NCBI RefSeq assembly: GCF_964194025.1
Contig: NC_134478.1
Location: 5,704,001-5,768,000 of the forward strand
DNA from: Convolutriloba macropyga
Taxonomy: Eukaryota
Reading direction: 5' to 3'
Length of the DNA: 64,000 nt
Of this stretch, positions 36,366 through 49,961 are shown piece after piece. The notes under the pieces are model-generated. The model was not told where the DNA came from. It saw only the letters and a list, made by a program, of their open reading frames with translations, and ran no database searches. Both the position numbers and the translations under genes were made by a program. Each line of letters starts with the position of its first letter. The first letter of the stretch is position 1.

Positions 36366-38892
36366 GTTTATTGGAGAATTTTGTCGAGATCAGAATGAAA
36401 TAATGCATATGGAACCAACAATGAACATCCCAAGACCCTGCCGTGACTACAACCGAACCTACTGTACGAAGACAGACTGCCGATATCCACACATATGCTA
36501 CAAATTTGTGGACGAATCAAGAGAAACGATGGACCCACGGTCGAAAAGTTGCATAAATTGTGGTAAAGAGCATACGCTAACTCTGACTGAAAGACAAAAA
36601 TTGGCGCCTTATTGTTTCGATGTGAACTCAAACGTAATATTGAAACTATATTGTGAAGTTATGCAGCGCTTCATAAGACCTGGAGCATCTTCGTCATATA
36701 GAAAAACGGCTAAAGATCTTGATAGCAATTCTGCGGTTTACACGCCTCGACCAAGCAGTTCAGCGCAACCTATGTACCGAGAATTTAATCAAGTTCATCA
36801 GGAGTTGAAAAAAGTTCAAATAAATCAACAACCAGAACATGAAGACTCATTTAAAAATGGTACAGAATTTGTTGCCTCGGACGAACATGAAGTATGTCTA
36901 CCCTTTTTGAAAAACCGATGCCTCTTTACAGATTGTTTCAAAGTACATCCGAACTATAACACTACTGTTCTTTGGGAGTACCGCCCAATGGGCCAAAAAG
37001 TCTGGCGGCAATTTGAACAGGAAGAAAACGAAGCTCTGGAATCAAGATTTTGTGACCCTGAAATAGATCGTGGAACGTACCAAGGTAAGACTATACGAGT
37101 AATGTACGACTTCACGACTATGAAGGCTACCCTTTACCCGAGCGCGAGTAAGAAAGTTGTATGCAATATCACACGAGCCGAAGTTAAAGCGCCGAGAAAG
37201 CAAGCTTGGAATTATTACTGGCAAAATGAGAACAATAACAATTACTGGGAAAAGTTTAAGAGGAAGGGGAATTTTGGTCTGGACTGTGATGAAATTGATG
37301 CGATGTTTGAGAGAATGAAACCGAATGAGATTCAAGAAAAACTGTTTCTGGTCAGTAATAAAGAAGGCAAAGTATTACATTTGAACAAAACTATTGGAAA
37401 CTATTCTTTCCATGAAACAGATGTGACTGGAAATGTCCAAAGGGAGGTTAAAAGACGACCCCGTTCTGAGAAATTTGTCCACGAAGACAAACCGACAACA
37501 GCTAAAAGTACTGTTACTAAAATCACTGAATTTACTCAAGCGACTAACATCCCGACTACTGAAATTGCTCACAAGATTTGCGCAAGATGTACTAAGCCGT
37601 GCACTAAGCGCGAATGTCCTATGTCAGGCTGCACTAAAGATTTTTTGTGGCTGTACAGGGAACGCGGCCGAAAACGGTGGAGCAAATTTGCGGAAGCAAT
37701 TGGAAATTTGATAGAATCTCAATTTTGTGACCCTCAAGTTACAGAAGCGACTTTTAGATGGAATAATAATGAAGAGGTTATGAAGTTCGGTGATCACCAA
37801 ATCGAACTGGTCAGTAAGCCGAATATGGAGATAACTCGCGTAGGTTACAATGATTTGCTCTCATGGGCTTGGTATTGGCACGAAAATGGCAGTACAACGG
37901 GAGCAAGTCCCGTTCAATTACCAACTATTTTTCCTCAAATTCTGAAAAAACTGGGAGTCGAAGTGAAGAAAGCGCGTCCCAAAAACTGGTATCTATTCGG
38001 AGAAAAAGGACTGGGAACTGTGACGTCAGATATTGAAAGTGAGCGCATTGAATACGGCTTTGAAAACTTCAAAGACGAGAAAATCACGTTTGCGGCTGGT
38101 CGAAGTATCTACGAAATAAACTTTGCTACTTTCGAGCAGAAAAATATCAAGTCGGGAAAACTGAGAAAGATAAGACGACGACCTAAGGTTGAAACAAAGG
38201 ATAAATTTTCTGAAAGTGACCAGGGTAAAGAGGAAGTGGATGAGAAAGGTGACAGTGTCAATAAATCGCAACCCCCTAAGGATTGGGTGTCCAAAAGTAG
38301 ATGTGCGTTTATGGCCATTGAACCAGACGACAATCCAGATTGTGAACTAATTACTACTTTTTTCAAGGAATCTATGCCAGAATATGAGATCTTTGTGACG
38401 AGAGTGGAGAACCATAAAATATGGAAGAACTATCAACTGAAGAAAAAGGAGATGACTGCTAGTTTAGGATCGAATGCTCTTCTTAACGAAGTGCTGCTGT
38501 TTCATGGAACTGAAAAGAAGTACAAGAACGATATTATGGAATCAAATACTTACAAGGTGGGACCCCCCAAAGGCATGACTTACAACATAGGCAAGGGAAT
38601 CTATTTCACATCGGAGACTGCAAAGATATTCGGCGATGAGTCAGATAACACTGAGCGTAGTCAAGACTCGAGATTCGTGACTGTCTCATTGGTTCTGGTC
38701 GGGGAATTTACCCAGGGTTCCAAGTTTTTCAACCGACCCCCGTTGAAAGATAATGACGATGGCAGTGACGAACAGTTTGACTCCTGTGTTGACGACCCAG
38801 AGCAACCGAGGGTTGTGGCCCTGTTCGATGCGAATCAAACTTACCCTCTATACATGGTCGAGTTACAACCGAATGATGACGATGATGAGTAA
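36366..38892 (+). CDS. Exon 2 of PARP12/ZC3HAV1(ZAP)-like mono-ADP-ribosyltransferase family gene (CCCH fingers, four WWE-like domains, PARP catalytic domain)
   Basis: 2.5-kb open frame; CCCH CRDYNRTYCTKTDCRYPH and CLPFLKNRCLFTDCFKVH; WWE motifs (WEY..W..F..LESRFCDP; WAWYW...YEINF...QKNIKSGKLRKIRRRP); PARP motifs LLFHGT, GKGIYF, VLVGEFTQG, FDSCVD, QTYPLY. Confidence 0.93.
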
Positions 38893-41800
38893 ATAAGTGA
38901 AATAAACTGAGACGACGCAAATTGATGCAGTTTAACGTTGAACGAATTTTAATTTTTTTCCAACTTGATATAATTACTCTTCTATGTTTTTCCTGGAAAT
39001 TGTGAAATGTTTCCTAAAGTCAGTATAATTGAACATGAAATATAACACCAAAATTCATTTTGCTAGGATTGTAATCATCATTTTGAGCGTTTTTCTCCGT
39101 GGGATTAACTGATAAGTGTATTTTTATAATCTTCAGCAGGGGAGTTTGTGATAAATTAGACTATTGTTTGTAAAGTTCTATCCGTTCAGCAAAAAAATGG
39201 GAAATATTTCATTGTTCAACTTATATGTCTGCACTTAAACCTTCGTAATAACAAGTACGAAATTACGTATGCATTTGTTATGTTTAACTTGTGTAAAATT
39301 TTCTCAAAATCTGATAAGATGTTTGATAGTTTGTTGCTCCATAGACATGAAGACCTCAAATTATCAGTGGTTGACAGATGAAATATTTCGACTCTATTTG
39401 AATTATCTTCATGTAACCGTGAGCAGCAATATTTCAACGAGTTTTTATTTCGAAAGATGAGAATCGGAAATAACTATCTCTATAAAAACTACTTGTAGCC
39501 TGAAATCTGTCCTATTGCTATTTGTTTACTTACCCATATTCTGAAGATATTCTGCTATAATTTCATTTAGTTTGTTCATGCGTAGTCATGACCGATGAAT
39601 GACCGATCGTTCATTTTGATTTTATTTTCAATCTTCCTTCGCGTTGATCAGATTGAACAAGAGTAAAAATTCCATTTGAAAATTTATGTGTTCCTGTTTT
39701 GTCTTAACTGTTATGTACATTTGTGTTGAAATTCAAATCGAAATTGTTAAGAAAGTCAAACGATATAATGTAACTAACTGATAAAGGTGATTATCATGAT
39801 TATGTTATCTATCTGATGAAAACTGCGAGACATTAAGAGATTAAAAAGAGGTTAAAATTGAGATGTAAATTGACACAAATTCACTACTTGTTTTTTAATG
39901 TCTCGGAACAAGGATATGTAGTTTCATTTTCAGTTGAAGGCTGAAAATATTAAAATTAATTCGTTGTTGACCTACTGGCGCTAAATTTGTTTACGGTAGA
40001 TTTAGATTTGTATTTTTTTCGGGGACGGGGGGTATAAATGCTTTAAAAAGACGGTGGTTGCTGATATGAACAACCTGAGCGTTTATACATGTTTCTCTAT
40101 TAAACATGAAAACTTCGGTGATCATAAATTTAGTGTCTTTTCGAAAATCTTCGTTAAGTTGACTTAACAATTTGATTCTGAAAAAGTTGTATGATGTTAT
40201 TAAGACCGTTATCCAATGATCATACTTGATAATGCGTATATTTGATGATGAGAGCTTGTTTTCCATGTATCTAAAAAAACGTCAAGATATTGACTGAAAC
40301 TACAGCCTAGAACTGATTTTAAACTCCTAGAATTGATTATTAAAAACTTAAATAGGGATATATTGCAAAATGTTAGCGGTGGTACCAGTTAAAAAAAAAT
40401 TAGACTACCAACCACTATTAATTCAAAAAGGGTACGCAATTTTGTGGTACACATGCTCATGGGTGAATATTTTTTCACGGAGGGCAGGGTGGAAAGCATA
40501 TATCCGTTGATTACTTGATAGTACAAGATGTGCTGATTGATTTTGTATGAAGAAAAAACAGTAATGATGATGCTACTGTTTTTTGAACTACATGGATCGA
40601 TGATGCAGATATAACACTATTTTGTTACCCTCTAGATTACGGCAAATAGCTTTTTTCAGTGTTCAACTAATTTGTTCATGGATTGCACTGCATCATCGGT
40701 CCTATCAAAATAAATGTGTCATTTAGCTTATTTGTTGTAGTATCCAACAAAAATTGAAATTTTGAGTCCTCCTCACCCCACCCCCACGCGGTGTAAAATT
40801 ACAGCCAACATTGTGCTCGAAATGAAGGGCCGACTATATATTTGCATTAGCCCTCCGTACCAGTCCTAAACTGGTATCTGAACTGCAAGACATTTCAAGT
40901 TGCTGAAGTTTTAGTTTAATTGCAAGGGACAAGAATGAACAATGAAAAAATTAACATTGAACAAAAACACATTTGTTTCATAAATGCAACGAAAAAGATC
41001 ATCATTACTCGATAAACCAAGTTTAAATGCTGCATAGATCAACAGTCATTTTCAACTGTGAGGTTGAAAGACTAACTTGGGAGTATATTGATTTGGAAAC
41101 TTATGTTGATCAATGCTCCTCTAAACCATTGCTGTGAATTTTTTTGTTGCTTATACTTATTACGTAATTACTTGGAAGAATTCTGATGTTAATTCCACGG
41201 TGATTTCTCTTTTTGATAATCCAGTTGATCGAAATAAATCTCTTTATTTTACTTATTTTGTTAATAGATCAGGTTAGAAAAAACATATGCGCCTACTCTT
41301 TTGATTGAAAAAAAACGAGAAATCCCGAACCGACTCGAAGAGTACGTCTTTGACCAAAAATCGGAATATTTCAGTGACTAAAATTACCCGAAATAACCCC
41401 AAGGTAATGTGAAAAGTCGTGCTAATAGTCACTTCCTTTATTCTTCACTGACTGTTTCGGTGTGCTCAAAATCTCAAAAATGCACCTCAAGACTGGACAA
41501 ATTCATTTTTGAAAATAAAAAAATTGCGAGAGTAGCTCGACTTAGAATTTGCTGAATTTGAATAAAACTAAAATCATGGCGCATAAATTGAGTGTACGCG
41601 TCAGGTAATCTTTCGTGTTTTAAGTCGCAGGGAATTGCGCAAGGTTTTCCGTTTTTTGATTGGTAAAGGGGCAAAAAACGAAGGTTCTGGGAATGCAGAA
41701 GCTCAAAAGATAGCTTGAAAACACTTCACGCGCGCCGCAAAAGGATGTACTTTTGTTCATACTTGTTTCGGAAACAGAGAGCAAAACAACATGCAAAAAC

Positions 41801-42289
41801 TTTTGCAAAGTTAGTGATAGTTTATTGTTCACAGAAGACATTTTGTTTAATTAGACCATTAGTTAAATTTATTTTTTAATAGATTAAATAGAGTTTTTCA
41901 AACGTTTCTCAAAACGTTTTTCAGTTTTTGAACTGTTTTCAAGCTTTTTAAAACAAATTTGAGCTTCTTTTGCCATTTATTATTCCTGAAACTTTGATAA
42001 ATTTTTATTGGTTTTTAATGCGTGAACTAAGTTCTTACAGCTTGCCACTAACCCCTTTTTATTGTTTTGATTTGACTTCTATGAATTAACCTCAAATGAA
42101 GTTCGAAGCAAATACTATAGTTGAAATCGTATTTTTCCAATTTGTGGCTGATAGTTTTGGCTTTCCAATTGAAATTTGCTTCCTAATTTTTTGTGTTTTG
42201 CGTGACTTAAATTACTCTTCCAATCAGAAATCTGTCAGCTGAATCAATTGACTGCAAACATCAACTTAAATTTGTTCCAGAGGTTCCTC

Positions 42290-42940
42290 TAATACGTTGT
42301 TGTTGTTAATGGGATTTTCAATCTTATGATCTTTATGGAATATTTGATTTAGAAATCTGGTCGTATTTTCCTGTAGTTCTGACAGTCACGCCCTAACTGC
42401 CAGGTGCAAGAGTTGCCAAGTGATACAATTTTATTGAAGGATCTATAAATCGAGGATAGGATCCTTTTCGTTAGACCTCCGGCTTTTTCAAAGTTAGTTT
42501 TATTTCCAAACCTCTTTACTGTTCTGCAAACTGTAATAGTAAATTGTTTACAGCTGTTTTTTAGTCCCGTCATTGTCAAGTTGAACAAATTGTTGGTTCT
42601 TCCTCTTAGTTCGAAAATATGCGGTATGTTTTTATCGCGGTATGAAAAAATGAGGAGGTCATTAATCTGTATGAACATTGGTCTGCATGAGAATTAGTAA
42701 CCGCAGCTTTGTCTCGCATTCACTGTTTCCTGTGATCCACTTAAAAACTATCTTTTGGAAGAACTCCAGGGTTCTCATCATTGTTTTGGTCAGATCAGTA
42801 CGCAAGTAGCCGTACATTAACACAAGTAGTATCCAGGATTTTTCCAAGCTTAGCTCAACAATTGTTTTCGCTCGTGTGCTGACGTTTCTCTTCAGGTTGC
42901 AGAACTCTCGATTCACTTTTTTCAGCCTTTTCTGCATTTG
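42290..42940 (-). pseudogene. Degraded 3' fragment of a LINE ORF2 (post-RT region)
   Basis: RLKKVNREFCNLKRNV...ILLVLMYG...LEFFQKIVFKWITG resembles the C-terminal thumb region of LINE RTs; frameshifted. Confidence 0.55.
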
Positions 42941-44981
42941 CTCGTTCCTTTTTATGGTGATCAGTTTTCCAAAGTCCTCGTATTTAGGGGAATCAGAGAG
43001 AACACTCCGCGCGCCTTAGATCCGGGTTTATTCCTCAAAATGCAATCTTTCTATTATAAATTTTCCTGGCATCCTTTGCAGTCCGCGATGACGTTTCGCC
43101 CCTCTCGGAACCCAACCCCCTATAGCAAGTTAAATCAACCTGCTTCCCTTCCAAGCAAAAGCAAGTTACATTAAGGAGCAACGTGACAAAGAACTATGTG
43201 ACGAGACGACAAAAAGAACCACAAATTTTTCGGTATCAAAAACTGACAGTTTATTGATTGAAAACTCGTAGTGCCCAAGTGATAAAAAGATATACCCTGA
43301 GTTTTTATTTGCAAAAATTGTAAAAGTTGTTGAAATTTATTTGAGGAGAAAGTCTTTGAGCCTGTCAATGATGTGACTAAGTTACAGGTTATTTAAACTA
43401 ATTAATCAAGAATAACATTAACATCTATAAAAAAAACTAAAATATAGTCAAAACAAAAATTGTCAATAAAAAAACGCGGGAATAAAGTGTAGCTACTAAA
43501 AACATGAACTGTTTCCTGAAATGTTTTTTATGTATTTAATATTTTTTAAAGCCAAAGAGACCTATCAATTTTGTGAGAATGTGCAACACCTCTAAAAGAA
43601 ATACACAAAAGAACTAATATACAAAAATCATTTTTTCAAAATAATTAAACCGTCAATTGAACCGAAAAGCCGCTGACAGGATTGCTTTTCTTTAACTGGA
43701 GAGAAAACAAGTCCTGCCATTTGTGTGGCGTCGCTCAAAAAATTGACAGGAATACGATTGAAAAAGGGACATAGATCAAAAAGGCAATTGGGCGTTTGTT
43801 TAATGAGACAAAGTTGTAAGACTACAATAAGTGCAACAAGTGTGGTCAAAACTCAAAAGATCTAAGTTTCACGATTATTAACAAAAACCAAATCTTCTTG
43901 ACTGCAAAAATTCACGATCAGACCAAAATTAACTTTTCTTTTGCATCTATTGAAAAGACGCAAATGATCAAAATTTTAGCGTAATATATAAATTTTAGGG
44001 CAATAAGACAAAACAAATTGATGCAAAATAAATATGGAAAGGGGAAAAATGAAGCTAAAAGTAAACAGAACCACGCTAAATCACTTCAATGTTCACAATA
44101 ACTTTCAGACTTAATAAATTCTGGAAAAACGAAATTAAAAAAAACCTTAATTTAAAATTCTACGGTTGAAGGGCCTTCTAATATTCTAATAATACCAATC
44201 AACTCTCTGCGATTAGTATATCGTTCAGCCGAAATTGACTGAACAACAAAACATGTTCAGCATAAAGTTCATCCCCCGCTAAGCTATTATAGTCTTTTGA
44301 ATTTATAAAAAAAGGTATTTTTTAAATAATGATTAAGTTAGAATAAAAAATAGAAATTTATCAGCTGATTTCTTACTATAATTGATACAACGTTAATTAT
44401 CAGGGATAACCGGAAAAAAATTGAAAATTTTCTGAAATAATTTTTGTCAAAAAATGTGTAGACATCTATTCTTAATATATTCAATAGTGTGGACAGTAAA
44501 CAACAAAAAACGTATTTGTTATTCTTATTGGTAACAAAATGAAAGAATTTTTTTGAAGTTTGCATCTTTTGAAAAAGTTTTGGCACAATTTTGCCGCAAA
44601 TTAGGTCAAGTTAATTTTGGATTATATTTTACTAAAATTACCGAATTTTTTCTACTCATTTCACTAAAATTATGACTTCGTCAATGTTATATGACAACCA
44701 TTTTTTATTGTTGATACCGTAACAATACATCACAATATTTGATCAACGTTTGTCAGTCAATTGGATCCTTTTGTTGGTCGATTTTCAAAATTTTCTGAGG
44801 TCTTTATTAAAAATGAAGAAAACATAGTGTGCAATTTGACACAACTAAATAACTCTCTTGAACTTTTTAAAAAAGTAAAAAATTATGTTTCTTGTCGAGG
44901 ATTGATGTAGGGGAGAAATGACTGGAAGGCAATCGAAAAATTCTAGTTGTGCAAAAAAAATTTATTCTGCAACCTTCAGAT

Positions 44982-45296
44982 TTAAACAAAATCAGATTCT
45001 GAAAACGCATTTTGAACTAATTTACTCAATCTGATTAATATTTTTTCACCATTCCGTTTTTGTTGTTCCAATAAATTGTTCAACGTGTTAAAGAAAACAA
45101 CTATGTAGGAACTATTTTGGATAGCGTTTTTTACATAGTCTGCTAATAATAAGCTTCCAATTTTCAAATTCAAATAAATGAACGACTTTATATATATTAT
45201 TTTGAGAACATCTTTGCTGGAAGAACATCGGTCAATTGCTGCTGAACTGTTGTTCATAGCGAACGTCCGGAGTTCGTACGAGAAAAACGGTTTCAT
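44982..45296 (-). pseudogene. Possible decayed hAT transposase fragment
   Basis: AMNNS...SFIYLNLKI...IVVFFN...LLEQQ...LSKLVQNAF loosely follows the hAT TDNA / CxxHxLNL / IVxFF / VxTRW spacing; key residues lost. Confidence 0.3.
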
Positions 45297-45955
45297 CTAT
45301 TTGAAAGTTCTATGTTTTGTGTTACTGAGAAATAAATTGTTGTTGTTTTTTATATTTTATTCACTTTCTGAATGAATTTTATTGGGGTATGGTGCATTCC
45401 AATTAAATCGCGACAGTAGGCTAAATCTGTTAACTCTGTTGTCGTATGCAAGAATTCCAAAAAATCATTTAGCTACGCTTTTCAGTTCGTTATGTTTGAT
45501 AAGGAGATTTTGGTTTTGTTCAACCAATTTTTGTCCTCGTTTCATTATTTTGCTCAAAATTAATTTAACTCTAAAAAATTAGTTTCACACATTCATTCTA
45601 GTTTTACAATGACAAAAGGTAGTCAACATGTACTTATTTGTTGTTGACCTTATACTGAATTTGTGCCGCAAATCGTGATATTATAAATGGTTCATACAAT
45701 GACTTCGTTTATTCATTTGTAACTGTGATTCGCGCACTCGAGAGATACAAGTACTGAAAGCCGATTATCCTACTTTAAATTGATTTTCTGAATTCAAAAT
45801 AACTCCTGTCTCTTTAACATTAAACTGACCAGAGAGTGGTTTAGCATTGATAGTTCAACTTAATAAATTTCACATGGAAAAGCTAGGCGTTTCTATTTTA
45901 ATTGTTGAAATTACAACTTGCCTCATATAAACCGAAACAAATTTTCTGGTATAGT

Positions 45956-46370
45956 ATGGCGTACCAATCACACAACAAATTGGGATACTTTCCATAAAAA
46001 ATGGAACCCGACTACGAAAAGCGTACTCAAAAGCCACACTTCAGATGGAAGCGCTGGAGAACACATCTTGAATTAGGACTTCTAACTAAAGAAAGCATTT
46101 CTGTTGACATAATCTTGGCGGACGCTCAGCGTACTGTTACTTTACGAGAAGAAACAACTCATGAAACAGAAATTGAAAACAAGACTGCAAAATTGGAGAG
46201 AGATCATTCGATACCCGATGACAAATGGAATACAGCCTAACAAACAAAATGCCAAAAAAACTAGGGCGGTTTTTTTCTTTGCAAAGGTAAACAATGGAAG
46301 ACGTCTGTTTCAAAATCAGTTTTTTGATGATATCAGTCTGTGTAGGGAGAGCCAACATATTTTTTATTGA
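45956..46370 (+). pseudogene. Gypsy-like gag N-terminal remnant (copy 1)
   Basis: PHFRWKRWRTHLELGLLTKESISVDIIL...ETEIENKTAKLERD, then NGRRLF; parallels the gag remnant at 58780-59170. Confidence 0.5.
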
Positions 46371-47947
46371 TCAAAACACCTTGGAAACATGAAAACAACA
46401 GAAACAAGAACCAATTAAAAACTATGGTGATCTCAAAAAACCTTAACAAAAATGGAAATTAGGAGAAAAAGAAGATATAGCTGATACTCTCGATGCAAAC
46501 ATGTTGACCGCGAACATGTACGGTTAGTCGGTCCAACAGATTATGCTAAAAAAGTGATTGACACAAACCGGATCTGTGCGTCATAATTTTTTAGTACTGA
46601 GTCATAAAATTTCCATTATGATTTTTACTATGACAAGAGTTCTGATCATGGCACTTATTAGACATTTCATAGAGAAATTCATAGTAAAATTCTGAAACTC
46701 TGGACACATATTCAACCTCCTCTACAGGGAATGGATGGTGGACAAGTTGGATAACCGCGAACCATCACAAGAAGAGCAACAAATATTCATCCACCTCCTC
46801 GCATTGCAACCCCACTGCAACGTGGATTTGTATCCCCGTGCCCTTGCTGCCTGTTTTGCACGGGATCCCGATTTTTTCGCCTTCTTTCGAGATCCGGACA
46901 ATCACGCAGCGGATTTTCAGTTCGAGTATCGAACGTAGGCCACAGTCCTACAACACACTTCGGGCTCACAGTCCCACAAACTCAGAGACTCACTGTTCTC
47001 ACAAAGAACTCACCTTTAACTTTCTGTTTATTTTTTTTTCGTTTCTCTTTATTTCTACATTCATTTTCAATTCTTTTTTCAATTCTATATATCTTGATCA
47101 TATTTCTTTTCCACAAGACTGAAGATTGGGATTAATTCTTTTCTTCTTCCTCCAGGTCGGGACCTAATATAAGAATGTATTAAATTTAACTAATAGATTT
47201 ATTAGGGAAAGTAGGTCACACAGTAGCTAAGAGATGGATTTGCACCAGAAAGTAAGCTGGTAAATCCGACTGGTTCAAAACTTGTACCAAGTGGAGATAA
47301 AAAAATCTCCTCCTACAAACCAGACAGAGACTACAGACTAAAAGCGATCCTCCAACTGGGAACAAATCATCACTAAAAGACAGTGAGAGCAGTTGGACAC
47401 TCTAAACAGGACTGACGTTAGTGGCCAGCACACCCTTTAACTGGCACACTCACTGGTTCTACAATTAGATGAACTCTTCACTGCCGACACTAGTCACTAC
47501 TTCACTGACAGGGATTCCAAACGAAGACACAAGTCACAACCCACTTCAGAGAGGACACAACTCATCACCTATTTTACCCTATCTTTCAACGAGGATGACA
47601 CATTCAACGTATTTCTACTACACTTCGGAAATTCGAATTTGAAACTCTCAACCCCGGATGGATGTAGCAGTAGAAATACTGAATGTACACCTTCAACCAG
47701 TCAGAGACTAAGAAGAAACTATTCTCTTTTATATAGAGAGAACTAAACTAACTGTAGTCATTCTATTAGTTAGATACACCATGTGTATACCATTGACTCC
47801 GGTGCTATACTTCTTAACAGCCGCAATAATAGAAGTTTACTCTCAGTGTTTTACAGAGTCGGTTAATCTTAGAGTTATAGGTAAGTCTAGTTCGCGCGCA
47901 GAAATAAGTAACCCTAGGTCTTTATACTTTAAGGTTGTAAAAGGAGC

Positions 47948-48121
47948 NNNNNNNNNNNNNNNNNNNNNNNNNNNNNNNNNNNNNNNNNNNNNNNNNNNNN
48001 NNNNNNNNNNNNNNNNNNNNNNNNNNNNNNNNNNNNNNNNNNNNNNNNNNNNNNNNNNNNNNNNNNNNNNNNNNNNNNNNNNNNNNNNNNNNNNNNNNNN
48101 NNNNNNNNNNNNNNNNNNNNN
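47948..48121. other. Assembly gap or masked run (174 N)
   Basis: Run of n. Confidence 0.99.
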
Positions 48122-49408
48122 ATCGTGTCATTCTTTGCAGGTACTTTGCCGCGATTTTTTTTGTAATTATGCTTAATTGTAAAAATTGCAGGTAAATTTG
48201 CTTATAGTCATTTTTGCTTAGACAATTGCAACAAATATCTGATAACCAATAGCCTGATAACAAATAAAAATTAGTACTAAAATTTGTACTTAAAGGGTCG
48301 TTGTCAAAATTGTTAAGTCTAGTGTTTCATGAAGGTTTAACTTAAACTGCGAGTAATGAACCCTTATGATCGCTGGAATATTTGGAGGCCGTTCAGATTA
48401 TTGATGATCAAATAATTATCACAATTTTACTGTTTATTTTATTTCATTCGAGATGCTGTTTGTAATTATACTGCAATATTTAATTTCTACCTTTGCTTCT
48501 ATTGAAGGTTTGTTTTTTGTGCTTATTCCCTTGTTTTCCCGAAGTAGGAGATTAATTTCCTCCTAAAGTTTAGCCGTGGGTTTCTTCGTAGTTGTGTTTC
48601 AAAAATGATCAAAAGTATTATCAAAAATCTTTTCAATTTTACTCCCAAATTAACGATCTAAGAAAAGCTTTTTGCGCAGTTCTTTTTATAAATTGTCGAT
48701 AATTTTACATCCTAATGTTTGTAATTACATCCTAATAAAATGACCAGAAAGGATCAGCAGGGAATGTCATAAAAGCCATGAATTCTTATAAGATTTCCAA
48801 ATGATTTAATGGTGTAATTTTATTTTTAAACGCTTTTAAGTTACTTATTCTTACATAAATTAATTTCTGGCGCAACCAGTCAAAAAATTTGTAATTTTTT
48901 GTTTCTAAAATGAGATACGAAATGCTGTTTGTAACACGCGCAAATCTTGGCAGCGAACGGCGTTGAGTTGTTTTTGTAATCGCTTTAAACACATTCAATG
49001 CATTTGTTACAATCTTACACTGCAAAATGGCCCGGAGGTGCATTTATAATAACTGAGGTCAAGTTCGGGTTTGACAAGTTAGGGTTAAAATATTAAGCTT
49101 TACTGATTTTTTCGTGGCTATCTCTTCACTAATCGTGTTCCTTAGTACGTGACACAAATAAATGAAAGACATTTCGTAAAATTGTTTCAGCAGCTCGTGG
49201 GTCTGTCAACAGGAATCGAGAGTCGCTCGATTTTGTCCTCCCAGACCACAAAGAAGAGCTCGGGCGAAAATGTTTACAGTACAGGTAAGAGTCAAATTTT
49301 GCAACCCACTTGAGTTCTCTTTTTTTCTCTACGTAGAGATGGCCTCCTCCCAAAAGGGCTCAGGGAGGAATTCCTGTAGTTTTTGCAGCAATTTGAGGGA
49401 TTAATTAA

Positions 49409-49851
49409 ACTTCATTTGCTACTACTATTTGTGTATGGTGTTTCTGATTCTTCATATGGTTCGCATTTGCGGTGTTAAATCTTTTTCTTGTAAATTAATT
49501 GCTGTAAACAGTTGTTGCCAACAATCAACTGACGGGTGATTTTGTAAAGCAGAACTAATTTTACAAAGTGGGTGTAGAACCAGCGATGTGAATGTTTTTT
49601 CGAGTATGTTAAATGCTTTATTAGTTTTTAACTGATTTTGTACTCAGAATGCGCTATATGATTGTGATATGTGTTTACAGGGGAGCAACAGCACAGATGA
49701 TTGGTGATCTGTGTTTCACTTTTTATTATATCTGATAATTTAACAAAAGATTTTGAATTTGGTAATATAATTTGTTCAAGGAGTTCCAGATTTTTGAGAA
49801 GGTTGCTACGACAAAATGCTCGTCATAACAGGAACTATTGTTAGTTTTAGC
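49409..49851. repeat. ~450-bp dispersed repeat, diverged copy at 56292-56740
   Basis: Both start acttcatttgctactactatttg and end ttagttttagca, colinear in between. Confidence 0.8.
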
Positions 49852-49961
49852 ATTGATAGTTCAACTTAATAAATTTCACATGGAAAAGCTAGGCGTTTCT
49901 ATTTTAATTGTTGAAATTACAACTTGCCTCATATAAACCGAAACAAATTTTCTGGTATAGT

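Larger units (their letters stand above)
45840..49368. repeat. Copy 1 of a ~3.5-kb near-identical direct duplication
   Basis: Colinear with 49846-53398 (offset ~4.0 kb), same ORF set, few differences until the last ~230 bp. Confidence 0.95.

Noticed and set aside
38901-38906. AATAAA as the polyadenylation signal
   Set aside because: Less than 10 nt after the stop in AT-rich DNA; cannot be distinguished from chance.
43060-43125. Hammerhead ribozyme (GAAAC core on minus strand)
   Set aside because: No intact CUGANGA and no supporting stems found.
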